Assembly (NCBI GenBank): GCA_019246215.1
Contig: JAFAQT010000427.1
Location: 12,882-76,881, forward strand
Direction: 5' to 3'
DNA: 64,000 bases
Origin: Verrucomicrobiota bacterium
GTDB taxonomy: Bacteria; Verrucomicrobiota; Verrucomicrobiia; Chthoniobacterales; JAFAMB01
The notes beneath the pieces are model-generated. The model did not search any database. It saw nothing but the letters and a program-made list of their open reading frames with translations, and had not been told where the DNA came from. The position numbers and the translations under genes were made by a program. Of the stretch, positions 39,821 through 48,222 are shown piece after piece (the stretch's first letter is position 1; every line of letters starts with the position of its first letter).

Positions 39821-40793
39821 TCAAGCGTTCCATTGCCATAGCCGGCAACGCATTCTCGTACAAGATTGAATTGACTTCGTTGATGATCGGGGTCGTCACC
39901 GCAAGCCGGATAGCGCAATCTTTGGCGCTTCTGGCGGTTGGCACGCCTTCAGCCACCATCCGCATCGAATTTTGGATCTCTGTCAGGTGTTCGCCGCGAC
40001 CGATACGTTCCCCGACCCGGCGATTTCGGCTGTGACGACTGAAACAGGTCACGATGAGATCGCCTGCGCCGCTCAGCCCTTGGAACGTCTCTCTCTTTCC
40101 TCCCAGTGCCAATCCCAGCCGTGCCATTTCGGCGAGTGATCTTGTGACCAGCGCAGCCTTCGAGTTGTCGCCCAAGCCCAAACCGTCCGCGATTCCCGCC
40201 GCGATTGCGAAAATGTTCTTCAAGGCGCCTCCTATTTCGATGCCAACGATGTCCGAACTGGTGTACGCTCTGAAGGATCTGGTGGAGAGGACTCGCTGTA
40301 GCTTGTTTCCAAGCTCTTCCTGTGAAGCGCCAATTACCGTGGCGGTCGGCATGAAATTCGCCGCTTCCACGGCGTGATTGGGGCCCGATAATACCGCAAT
40401 TGGATGGCCGGGAAATGTGGATGCCAAGATCTCGCTCATGCGCGATCCAGTACCGGATTCGATACCCTTGACCGCTGAAAGTAGGATTGTGTCGCGGCGA
40501 ACGGAGCAAGTGGCTGCCAGAGAGGCGGCAACTTCCCGGAGCGCAGTGGACGGGGTAACAAAGAAGAGGATATCCGCCTTTGCTGTCTCGGAAAGTTCGC
40601 TTGTGACGAGAATCGACTTCGGAAGTGCGATTCCGGGCAGATATCGCTGGTTAACACGTTCCCGGTCGAGAGCCTCAGCTAGCTCTTTGCGGCGAACCCA
40701 CAATCGGACAGTATTCCCCTTATTCGCGATCAGCACGGCCAATGCTGTACCCCACCCGCCGCCGCCTATGATAGAGATGGTGTCCATTGGCAT
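39789..40793 (-). CDS. gpsA: NAD(P)H-dependent glycerol-3-phosphate dehydrogenase
   Basis: ISIIGGGGWGTALA...NQRYLPG...KGIE...GPNHA.E...GGALKN..AIAAG..DGLGLG.N.KAAL.TR...GLSG.GDL..TC. Confidence 0.93.
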   Translation of the reverse strand: MPMDTISIIGGGGWGTALAVLIANKGNTVRLWVRRKELAEALDRERVNQRYLPGIALPKSILVTSELSETAKADILFFVTPSTALREVAASLAATCSVRRDTILLSAVKGIESGTGSRMSEILASTFPGHPIAVLSGPNHAVEAANFMPTATVIGASQEELGNKLQRVLSTRSFRAYTSSDIVGIEIGGALKNIFAIAAGIADGLGLGDNSKAALVTRSLAEMARLGLALGGKRETFQGLSGAGDLIVTCFSRHSRNRRVGERIGRGEHLTEIQNSMRMVAEGVPTARSAKDCAIRLAVTTPIINEVNSILYENALPAMAMERLISRAFRPEED

Positions 40794-40818
40794 GAATACG
40801 GGAATCGGAAGGTGGCCC

Positions 40819-41436
40819 TTACTTCTTTCCGAATCGAGACTCCGTGCCGTTCATAAGGCGCACAATATTGGACTGGTGTCGCCAGATAGCCATGCCGGCA
40901 ATGAAGACCGAAAAACCAAACAGCGTCCAGAAATCTGCTCCCGTTTTCGCGACAGTTAATAACACTGCAAACGGCAGAGCGACCGCCGCGGAAATCGAAG
41001 CGAGCGAAACGTATCTACCGAGGTAGAACACGACGACCCACACAAGTGCTACCCAAGAAATAAGCGAAATTGGAAATAACGCTAGAACAACGCCGCCGGA
41101 GGTGGCGATCCCTTTGCCTCCTTTGAAACCGAGCCAGATTGTATAGTTGTGGCCTAGAATGCAGCTGATTGCCGCAATCACTCCGCCCAGGACGGGGCTT
41201 AACAGAGAATGGGCCGCAATCAAGAGGCCCAGTTTGACTGCCAGAAATCCTTTGATCGAGTCGCAGAAAAAAACGAGGTACCCCCATTTCTGGCCCATAA
41301 CACGCAAAACGTTTGTTGCTCCGATGTTTTTGCTGCCGTGCTGTCGGATATCGATGCCTTGAGTGCGGGCCACCAAATACCCGCTTGGGATAGAGCCAAT
41401 TAAATAACTTACGATCGCAATCAGCAACCAGATCAT
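40819..41436 (-). CDS. plsY: Glycerol-3-phosphate acyltransferase PlsY
   Basis: YLIGSIPSGYLV...HGSKNIGATNVLR...KGGKGIATSGG. Upstream of gpsA, as in many bacteria. Confidence 0.92.
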   Translation of the reverse strand: MIWLLIAIVSYLIGSIPSGYLVARTQGIDIRQHGSKNIGATNVLRVMGQKWGYLVFFCDSIKGFLAVKLGLLIAAHSLLSPVLGGVIAAISCILGHNYTIWLGFKGGKGIATSGGVVLALFPISLISWVALVWVVVFYLGRYVSLASISAAVALPFAVLLTVAKTGADFWTLFGFSVFIAGMAIWRHQSNIVRLMNGTESRFGKK

Positions 41437-41595
41437 AAATGTGAGTTAGTTCCCTTGGAAATTGTCATACGATTCGGGGCGGTCCACTCTTCCGCTTAAC
41501 GAAGCCCTAACAAAGTGCGTTGGAGCGGGGCGCCGGTCGAGAGGTTTCACACTTGATCGCAGGAAATTCACTTTGAGAAACAGTGATCGTTTGCA

Positions 41596-42102
41596 ATGAT
41601 TACGGGTCCCATGCACGAACTGACACGCATCGAACCGGCTACCATCGAGGATCTTCCGTCGTTGGCGGAATTGCTCATGGACCTGTTTTCGCAAGAGAAA
41701 GATTTCAGGCCGGATTACAATAACCAGATGCGCGGTTTGCGTCTGATCCTGGAACAGCCGAGCCGAGGGAGAATCTTCGTACTTCGCAGTGCCAACGGGA
41801 TTATCGGGATGATAAACCTTCTTTTCACGATCAGCACCGCCGAGGGCGGGTTTGTGATCCTCCTGGAAGATCTGATTATATCGAAGAGTTTTCGCGCCCA
41901 GGGCATGGGAAGTGAACTTCTAAAATACGCCCTTGAGTATGCAAAGCAGAAAAGCTTTTTGCGCATCACGCTTTTGACAGATCGAATCAGTGACGGGTCG
42001 CTTGCCTTCTTCGAGAAGCATGGGTTTCAAAGGTCTGACATGGTTCCAATGCGTCTTTATTTCGGGGCCGCTGCTGAACTTCGTTCGCCATCCGTCCCAT
42101 AG
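41596..42102 (+). CDS. GNAT-family N-acetyltransferase
   Basis: The acetyl-CoA binding segment (LIISKSFRAQGMGSELL) and the C-terminal FFEKHGF are typical of the GNAT fold. Confidence 0.75.
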   Translation: MITGPMHELTRIEPATIEDLPSLAELLMDLFSQEKDFRPDYNNQMRGLRLILEQPSRGRIFVLRSANGIIGMINLLFTISTAEGGFVILLEDLIISKSFRAQGMGSELLKYALEYAKQKSFLRITLLTDRISDGSLAFFEKHGFQRSDMVPMRLYFGAAAELRSPSVP

Positions 42103-42107
42103 CTGTT

Positions 42108-42794
42108 ATGCCCGCCTTTCTCGATTTGGGTTTTGCGAAAGTGGATGTCGATCGATTGGGGAGAAGGGGGTTCCCGGAAGCCGCATTGGCCGAGGGCAAA
42201 ACTCCGGAAGATTTGACGCAGATTCTTCAAGCGCTTGTGGAAAAGAATGGGGTTGCGTTAGCCACTCGTGCCGGATCACAGCATTTTGAAAAGGTACTTC
42301 AAATGCTTCCTGATGCACGTTTCGAGTCGATTGGGCGCTGTATCGTGATCGAGCGAACGCCCTTACCGCGTCTCTCGGGCAAGGTAGCAGTCGTTAGTGC
42401 CGGCACGACCGATCGACCGGTTGTTGAAGAGGCTCGAGTGACACTTGAGCTTTTTGGGAACAGGGTCGAGATCATCCAGGATGTCGGTGTCGCGGGAATT
42501 CACCGCGCGCTTGCAGCCCGGGATCGAATCGAATCTTGTTCCGTCGCGATTATCGTAGCGGGAATGGACGGCGCTTTGCCAAGCGTCATCGCGGGGCTGG
42601 TGAGCACGCCGGTGATTGCTGTACCAACGAGTGTAGGATATGGAGCGAGCTTTGGCGGAGTTGCGGCACTGCTTTGCATGCTTAACAGCTGCGCCAGCGG
42701 TGTGACCGTCGTCAATATCGATAACGGTTTCGGAGCCGCGTATGCAGCCTCATTGATCAACCGGGGAATTGCCGCCTCGATTTCAGGTTCCTAA
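42108..42794 (+). CDS. larB: Nickel-pincer cofactor biosynthesis protein LarB (PurE-like carboxylase/hydrolase)
   Basis: N-terminal LDLGFAKVDVDR..RRGFPEA. PurE-like core: VAVVSAGTTDRPVVEEA...VAGIHR...IVAGMDGALPSVIAGLV..PVIAVPTSVGYG....G.AALL.MLNSC..GV.VVNIDNGFGAA. Confidence 0.8.
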   Translation: MPAFLDLGFAKVDVDRLGRRGFPEAALAEGKTPEDLTQILQALVEKNGVALATRAGSQHFEKVLQMLPDARFESIGRCIVIERTPLPRLSGKVAVVSAGTTDRPVVEEARVTLELFGNRVEIIQDVGVAGIHRALAARDRIESCSVAIIVAGMDGALPSVIAGLVSTPVIAVPTSVGYGASFGGVAALLCMLNSCASGVTVVNIDNGFGAAYAASLINRGIAASISGS

Positions 42795-42878
42795 ATTGGA
42801 ACCAGCCAGCAGAATGGCAACAAAAGGTATGCACCCCAGGCCCCAGCCTTCCGCGCAATTTTGCTTTGCTAGATCCAA

Positions 42879-43898
42879 TCAGATCTTTGCGGCAATCGGT
42901 TCCTGTTTCTCGAGTCGGTCGGCAACGGCGTGATCGTGAAACGCCCGTCGGATGATTTCCTCGATTGGCTCCTCCTCCACGCTGAAGTCATGTACGTCGC
43001 AATTCGACAGTATTACCCGGCAGGCCTCCGCGACTCTACTTCGCGGGACCTTCAACTTCACCGATGTTCCGGTTCGTTCGATGATTTCTCCTAAATCGAA
43101 CGAACAAAAGGGTGTTTTTTCGAAGGTAAACCGCAGCAGCTTGTGTCCGCCAAAATTTTCGATGATCGCGTCAAGCTCTCCATCGAAAAAAACCTGCCCA
43201 TGATCGACGATAATTACTCGTTTGCAGAGTTCTTCGATATCCTGCATATAATGGCTCGTCAGCACGGTCGAAATCCGATTTTCTTCGCTGTAGTGCCGCA
43301 AAAAGTCGCGGACTTTTTTCTGGCTGACCAGATCCAGTCCGATCGTTGGCTCGTCGAGAAACAAGACTTTTGGTCTATGTATCAGCGCAGCAATCAACTC
43401 CATCTTCATGCGTTCGCCAAGACTAAGCTCTCGGACCATGATGTTGAGTTTGTCACGCACATCCAAGAGGTCGACAAGTTCGTCGACAACTCGCCGAAAA
43501 ATGCTTTCGTCTATCTCGTAGATAGCCCGATTCAGTTCCAGTGATTCACGAGCGGGCAAATCCCACCAGAGTGAATTCTTCTGGCCGAGTACGAGGCTGA
43601 ACTGGCGTTTGAAAGGTGCCTTCCGCTCCCACGGAATGAAATCCAGCACGCGAGCAGTTCCCGATGTTGGAACCAGGAGCCCGGCCAGCATTTTCAGTAC
43701 CGTCGTTTTCCCGGCGCCGTTCGGTCCCAGGAAGCCGACAAACTCGCCCTCCTCGATTTTGAAGGAGACGTTTTTCGCGGCGTGGATTTCGTCGTACTGC
43801 CTCGCGAACAACCCCTTCAAAGCGCCGGCTAGACCTTCCTGCTTTCTGTAGGCCCGATAAGTCTTTGACAAGGCGTCCGCGACAATTGCGCTACCCAT
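42879..43898 (-). CDS. ABC transporter ATP-binding protein (ABC-2 / COG4586-like) with a C-terminal extension
   Basis: Walker A GPNGAGKTT, signature LSLGERMK, Walker B LFLDEPTIGLD, H-loop TSHYM. Start set at MGSAIVADAL; the track ORF extends to 43952. No permease gene is adjacent. Confidence 0.85.
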   Translation of the reverse strand: MGSAIVADALSKTYRAYRKQEGLAGALKGLFARQYDEIHAAKNVSFKIEEGEFVGFLGPNGAGKTTVLKMLAGLLVPTSGTARVLDFIPWERKAPFKRQFSLVLGQKNSLWWDLPARESLELNRAIYEIDESIFRRVVDELVDLLDVRDKLNIMVRELSLGERMKMELIAALIHRPKVLFLDEPTIGLDLVSQKKVRDFLRHYSEENRISTVLTSHYMQDIEELCKRVIIVDHGQVFFDGELDAIIENFGGHKLLRFTFEKTPFCSFDLGEIIERTGTSVKLKVPRSRVAEACRVILSNCDVHDFSVEEEPIEEIIRRAFHDHAVADRLEKQEPIAAKI

Positions 43899-44029
43899 GC
43901 TCGGAATACTCGTTTGGAAGCATCCGCGATGCAACGCTAGCAAGCTTTTCACCTGGACTGGTAAGCGGCAAGCGGGAATCCTTCCCGTTGCTACTCCGCC
44001 AATCCCCCGAAACAGCCAAAGCGCTTATC

Positions 44030-45958
44030 CTATGCGGCTGTTCTTGGATTCGCCGCGCGAGCGACTTTCAGAAAAGGCCTGATTTTTTCAAACGCAGCTT
44101 CTGCAGTAATGCCATGCTTCTTTCGTAAGGCAGGGATCGTACCATGCTCGATGAATTGATCCGGCCAACCGATGCGAACGACCGGAGTGGTGATCCTTGC
44201 TTCGGAGAGGTGCTCCATGACCGCGCAGCCAAAACCGTTGTGGAGAACGTGGTCCTCGAAGGTGCAGATCACATCAACGCCACGCGCAAAAAACTCTAGA
44301 GTGCCGACATCCAAAGGCTTAATCCATCGCGGATTGATCAATGCGACTGAAATGCCTTCGGCTGCGAGGAGCTTCGCGGTTTCCTGCGCCAGGGCGAACA
44401 TGTTTCCGAGCCCGACCAAAGCCACCTCGCGTCCATGCTGGACGACTTCGGCTTTGCCGATCTCGAGCAGTTTGGGTTGTGGCTTCGGCTTTGCACCGGT
44501 GCCGGTTCCGCGCGGATACCGGATAGCGATTGGTCCCTGGTGGTAATTCACCATGGTCCAGAGCATGTCCACAAACTCCTCTTCGTCCTTCGGCTGCATA
44601 TGCACCATGTTTGGTATATGCCGAAGGTACCCAATATCGAATAGACCGTGGTGAGTCGGTCCGTCATCTCCCGATAAGCCGGCTCTATCCATACATAGGG
44701 CAACGTTCAGATTTTGCAGCGCGATGTCATGGATAAGCATGTCATAGGCCCGCTGCAAGAACGTCGAGTAGATCGCGAGAAACGGCTTGAATCCTTCGGT
44801 CGCGAGACCGCTTGCAAATAGCGCTGCGTGCTCTTCTGCAATCCCGACATCGAAATATTGCTGCGGATGCTGCGCGGCGAAATGGAACAGGCCGGTGCCC
44901 GAAGGCATCGCGGCAGTTATCGCTATGATTCTATTGTTCTGATCAGCGAACTTTGCCAGCGTCTGGCCAAATAGCTCGGAATAAGTCGGAGTCGGTGCCG
45001 CTGTGGTTTCACCCGTTTCGAGCTTGAATTTACCAAGGCCATGAAACTTGTCCGGCTTGGCGATTGCCGGGGCATAGCCTTTGCCCTTCTGCGTGATGAT
45101 GTGGAGCAAGACGGGTTCGTTCTGCCTTTTCAAAAACTCGAATGTCTGAATCAGCAACGGTATATCATGCCCATCGATGGGCCCGTAATAGCGGAGGCCC
45201 AGATCTTCGAAGATCACGCTCGGTAGAACGAGGTGCTTAACACCCTCCTCGACCTTATGCACGAATTGTTGTGCAAACCGGCCCCCTATCATTTCCACGA
45301 ACTTCGCCGCTTTTTCGTGCAAATGACTGTAGGCATCGTTGGTGACCAATTTGTTCAGATAATTGGCGATTGCTCCAACATTTTTCGCAATTGACCATTC
45401 GTTGTCGTTCAGCACGACAATCAACCGTTTAGTGTTGTCGGCCACGTTATTCAATGCCTCGTAGCTGGTGCCGCAGGTAAACGCGGCATCGCCCGCAACG
45501 ACCACGACGTTTTCTCGTCCACCTCTTCGATCCCGAGCCACAGCCATCCCAAGTGCTGCAGAAAGTGAAGTGCCAGCGTGGCCGGCTCCGTAACAGTCGT
45601 GATTACTTTCGGTTCGAAGCAAAAATCCATTCAGTCCCTGGTATTGTCTGATCGTGTTGAAACGAACGCGTCGTCCCGTCAAAAGTTTGTGGACGTAGCC
45701 TTGATGGCTGACGTCAAAAACTAGCTTATCCTTTGGTGTGCTAAAGACACGGTGCAAGGCTATCGTGAGCTCCACAACACCCAAGTTTGGCCCGAGGTGT
45801 CCGCCGACCTGCGAAAGAACCGTTATGAGTTCATCCCGGATTTCCTGAGCCAGCTGAGGGAGTTTCCCTTCCTCAAGGCGCTTAAGGTCCGAGGGCGAAT
45901 CGATCGTATCCAATATCCGTGCTTCGGACGGCGCTTCAAAAGAGTCTGATTTCTTCAT
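44030..45958 (-). CDS. dxs: 1-deoxy-D-xylulose-5-phosphate synthase
   Basis: GGHLGPNLGVVELT.ALH..F..P.DK...DVSHQ.Y.HK.LTGR...GHAGTS.SAALG...GDAAFT.G...EALN...DGPTHHG.FD. Confidence 0.96.
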   Translation of the reverse strand: MKKSDSFEAPSEARILDTIDSPSDLKRLEEGKLPQLAQEIRDELITVLSQVGGHLGPNLGVVELTIALHRVFSTPKDKLVFDVSHQGYVHKLLTGRRVRFNTIRQYQGLNGFLLRTESNHDCYGAGHAGTSLSAALGMAVARDRRGGRENVVVVAGDAAFTCGTSYEALNNVADNTKRLIVVLNDNEWSIAKNVGAIANYLNKLVTNDAYSHLHEKAAKFVEMIGGRFAQQFVHKVEEGVKHLVLPSVIFEDLGLRYYGPIDGHDIPLLIQTFEFLKRQNEPVLLHIITQKGKGYAPAIAKPDKFHGLGKFKLETGETTAAPTPTYSELFGQTLAKFADQNNRIIAITAAMPSGTGLFHFAAQHPQQYFDVGIAEEHAALFASGLATEGFKPFLAIYSTFLQRAYDMLIHDIALQNLNVALCMDRAGLSGDDGPTHHGLFDIGYLRHIPNMVHMQPKDEEEFVDMLWTMVNYHQGPIAIRYPRGTGTGAKPKPQPKLLEIGKAEVVQHGREVALVGLGNMFALAQETAKLLAAEGISVALINPRWIKPLDVGTLEFFARGVDVICTFEDHVLHNGFGCAVMEHLSEARITTPVVRIGWPDQFIEHGTIPALRKKHGITAEAAFEKIRPFLKVARAANPRTAA

Positions 45959-46235
45959 TCTTGATTTTATTTGAGTCCTTCAGCGGATCCTGAACGTTCG
46001 TTGCGGCCGTCGACGGCGGTCTTCCATTTGCAGTGCGGCTTAGTGTTTCAATTCGATTTTCCGCGCCAGCGAGCCGTTGGTTACAGATGCCAACAAGCCG
46101 AATACCTTCCTCGTATCGGACCAGTAACTCTTCTAACGGTAATTTGGAAGACTCCATTTCTTCGACGATCTTTTCCAATCTTTCCATCGCCGTTTCGAAG
46201 GAGATCTCTGCTCCCCATGGTTCGCTATTGGGCAT
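45936..46235 (-). CDS. xseB: Exodeoxyribonuclease VII small subunit
   Basis: ISFETAMERLEKIVEEMESSKLPLEELLVRYEEGIRLVGICNQRL. Start set at ATG 46235. It overlaps the dxs start by 23 nt. Confidence 0.85.
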   Translation of the reverse strand: MPNSEPWGAEISFETAMERLEKIVEEMESSKLPLEELLVRYEEGIRLVGICNQRLAGAENRIETLSRTANGRPPSTAATNVQDPLKDSNKIKNEEIRLF

Positions 46236-46433
46236 CGGTAGGTTTGCACAGTAAACGGAGGCAAAGAGAAAGCCAATACTTTCGTATTGACGACTAATCG
46301 CCAGAATAGAGGACCCACACGTCAGATTTATGACGCAGCAGAGAAGATTTTGATGAGAAATGGACAATCCGGCAAACCAGTGCACTAAGTCCCAGGTTGG
46401 TTTAGCGGCGTTGAGCTCAAACGATCCGCCGGC

Positions 46434-46452
46434 AAGGCGGTCCGAGCCGGAC
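46434..46452. repeat. Palindromic 19-mer, copy A (partner at 37546-37564)
   Basis: AAGGCGGTCCGAGCCGGAC. It contains a GGTCCG-AGC-CGGACC hairpin nested inside a CCGCCGG...CCGGCGG outer stem. Confidence 0.5.
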
Positions 46453-46536
46453 CGGCGGTAGGAGAGAGGGTATCTGAATCGATACGTGACCGACGAGCAA
46501 CGCAGCCGCCGGCTCATTTTCAGCTCAACCCCGGGG

Positions 46537-46640
46537 GGCCGTCGCAGCCTTGGCGATTTTGGGCCGTTGCTCGCTCGACTCGTATCAGTCTAGACACGGG
46601 CCTTCCCTGCTTCCAAAATCGCCAACTCTGCGACGGTGCC
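46537..46640. repeat. Long imperfect inverted repeat (stem-loop) just downstream of the HtrA-like gene
   Basis: Left arm GGCCGTCGCAGCCTTGGCGATTTTGG (46537-46562). Right arm CCAAAATCGCCAACTCTGCGACGGTGCC (46613-46640). Pairing is 13 bp plus 7 bp around a 2-nt mismatch, with a 50-nt loop. Confidence 0.6.
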
Positions 46641-46666
46641 GTCAAACCGGCCTCGGAATTGGGATA

Positions 46667-47722
46667 CTAGTCGCTGTCCCGGAAGCGTTGCGCATCTTCT
46701 CGGTTCGCCGGCGCAAAGAGCGGAAGCCTTTGTTGAAGATAAGTCGGATGTTCGGCTGCGGTGATTGTTACCGAGATCTCTTTTCCCTCCCGGAGAACGG
46801 TGATTGGGACATCTTCGTCGGCAGTCAGAAAAAATGAAGCGTTGAGGACGTCAGGTGGGGAGTGTATTGCCATCGAGCCAATCCGGAGCAGAACATCCCC
46901 GGGCTGCAGGCCCGAATCTGCCCCAGGGGATCCCTCGGCGAAACTCTGAATCACGACCGACGAGTCATGCACGAGTTCATCGGATTCGATGACATTTACT
47001 CCTACCCATCCCGGTCTAACTTCTCCGAATCGGACGTAGTCTGTTCGGACTTTTTGCGCCGCTTTCATCGGGAGGGCATAACAAGCTGTCCGATTGTCGA
47101 TTGGAAAAATCAGGATGCCCACCACTTCGCCTTTCAAATTCAGGACAGGAGCACCGGCCTCGCCTCGCTGCGCGGCGATGTTCGCCCGAATTAAGGTGGT
47201 ACTGAAATATTGGTTCAAATACTTAAGGTCAAAACCGCCGATCATTCCGAACGTTGGCGTGACCGAAAGGTCCATCGGATATCCGATTGCTACGACCGGA
47301 GACGCCATTTTCAATTCATCTGAATCACCGATTGGCAGCCACGGCGTGGTGGCGGTGAGTCGGAGAATTGCAATCCCGCTGCGAGCATCGGCAACGAGAC
47401 GTTCGGCCGGATAACGGTTCACACCAAATTCGACGACGATATCCCGAGATTCGCCTCCCACCGCGTAGGCAGTCATGATTGTGCCGCTGGGATCGATGAA
47501 AAAGCCGGTGCCGGCCAACTTGCCATGTTCGTCCTCTGCCTCGATACGAACAACGGCATTTTTTGCGCTGTCGAAGACCCTCGCAACTTCGGACGAGATC
47601 GAGTCTAAACCTTGCTGCGCAAGGAGCGGCGCTGCTCCAAGCATCAAAAGAACCATGCCCATGTTCAGAGCCTTATACCGGCGGAAGCTCTGCACAGGCC
47701 TACTGCCAAGAAATTCCAACAT
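46667..47722 (-). CDS. HtrA/DegP-family trypsin-fold + PDZ protein, predicted catalytically inactive
   Basis: Signal peptide (MGMVLLMLGAAPLLAQQ). Protease-fold blocks: GTGFFIDPSGTIMTAYAV, SGIAILRL, GEAGAPVLNLKGEVVGI. PDZ: GWVGVNV...GLQPGDVLLRIG. By-eye alignment to DegP places Ala, Gly and Ala at the His, Asp and Ser triad positions. Confidence 0.8.
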   Translation of the reverse strand: MLEFLGSRPVQSFRRYKALNMGMVLLMLGAAPLLAQQGLDSISSEVARVFDSAKNAVVRIEAEDEHGKLAGTGFFIDPSGTIMTAYAVGGESRDIVVEFGVNRYPAERLVADARSGIAILRLTATTPWLPIGDSDELKMASPVVAIGYPMDLSVTPTFGMIGGFDLKYLNQYFSTTLIRANIAAQRGEAGAPVLNLKGEVVGILIFPIDNRTACYALPMKAAQKVRTDYVRFGEVRPGWVGVNVIESDELVHDSSVVIQSFAEGSPGADSGLQPGDVLLRIGSMAIHSPPDVLNASFFLTADEDVPITVLREGKEISVTITAAEHPTYLQQRLPLFAPANREDAQRFRDSD

Positions 47723-47727
47723 TAAGG

Positions 47728-48222
47728 TTAAAAGCTGAACGAAGCTTCGTAACTGACGGGTCTGCCGTCGAGGACATAGCGGGGAAGCGCTGTTTGAGAA
47801 GGCCGGACAACGGGAACGACATGAGGCGAAACTGAAGAAGGATTAAAGTTGGACCAGTCCACATTTCCGCTCAACGCCAATCGGTACGAGGAGCGTTCGA
47901 TCACTGGACTGGACGCTACTTTTGCCAGATTGGAACTGGTCCCGACCATCTCCTTGTAAGGAGCCCAAACACCTGAACCGACGATCGTGGCAGCCACGAG
48001 AAAAGCGGCAAATGCTGCCCCATACGCGTAAGTCGGAACCCGGAAGCTCCAAAGACTCGAAAGGAAACGCTCAAACCAGATTTGCACTGCCGGCCGCCGC
48101 AATAGGTCCTGGCGCTGGCGTCGATGGAATTCGTTCAGGGTACGGTCGAAATATCCTGGGGGCGGCTGCTCGAATCGTTTGAGCCGGAGCAATTTCTGGA
48201 GCTGTTGTTCGTCGAGCATCAT
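47728..48222 (-). CDS. Putative anti-sigma factor (single-pass membrane protein)
   Basis: 4-nt overlap with the upstream ECF sigma gene. Cytoplasmic N-terminus, one TM helix (YAYGAAFAAFLVAATIVGSGVW), and a ~75-aa periplasmic tail ending ...YEASFSF. No zf-HC2 motif. The call rests on context only. Confidence 0.45.
   Translation of the reverse strand: MMLDEQQLQKLLRLKRFEQPPPGYFDRTLNEFHRRQRQDLLRRPAVQIWFERFLSSLWSFRVPTYAYGAAFAAFLVAATIVGSGVWAPYKEMVGTSSNLAKVASSPVIERSSYRLALSGNVDWSNFNPSSVSPHVVPVVRPSQTALPRYVLDGRPVSYEASFSF

Noticed and set aside
45936-46517. A 193-aa version of xseB extending through the structured region
   Set aside because: XseB proteins are about 70-100 aa. The extra N-terminal 93 aa are Cys/Arg/Ser-rich, look non-protein-like, and coincide with strongly self-complementary DNA. 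The start was reassigned to ATG 46235.
46236-46666. Possible tmRNA or TPP riboswitch upstream of xseB-dxs
   Set aside because: No tRNA-like domain, no plausible tag-peptide reading frame ending in a hydrophobic ...AA, and no CUGAGA / ACCUGAUCUGGAUAAUGCCAGCG-type TPP core were found.
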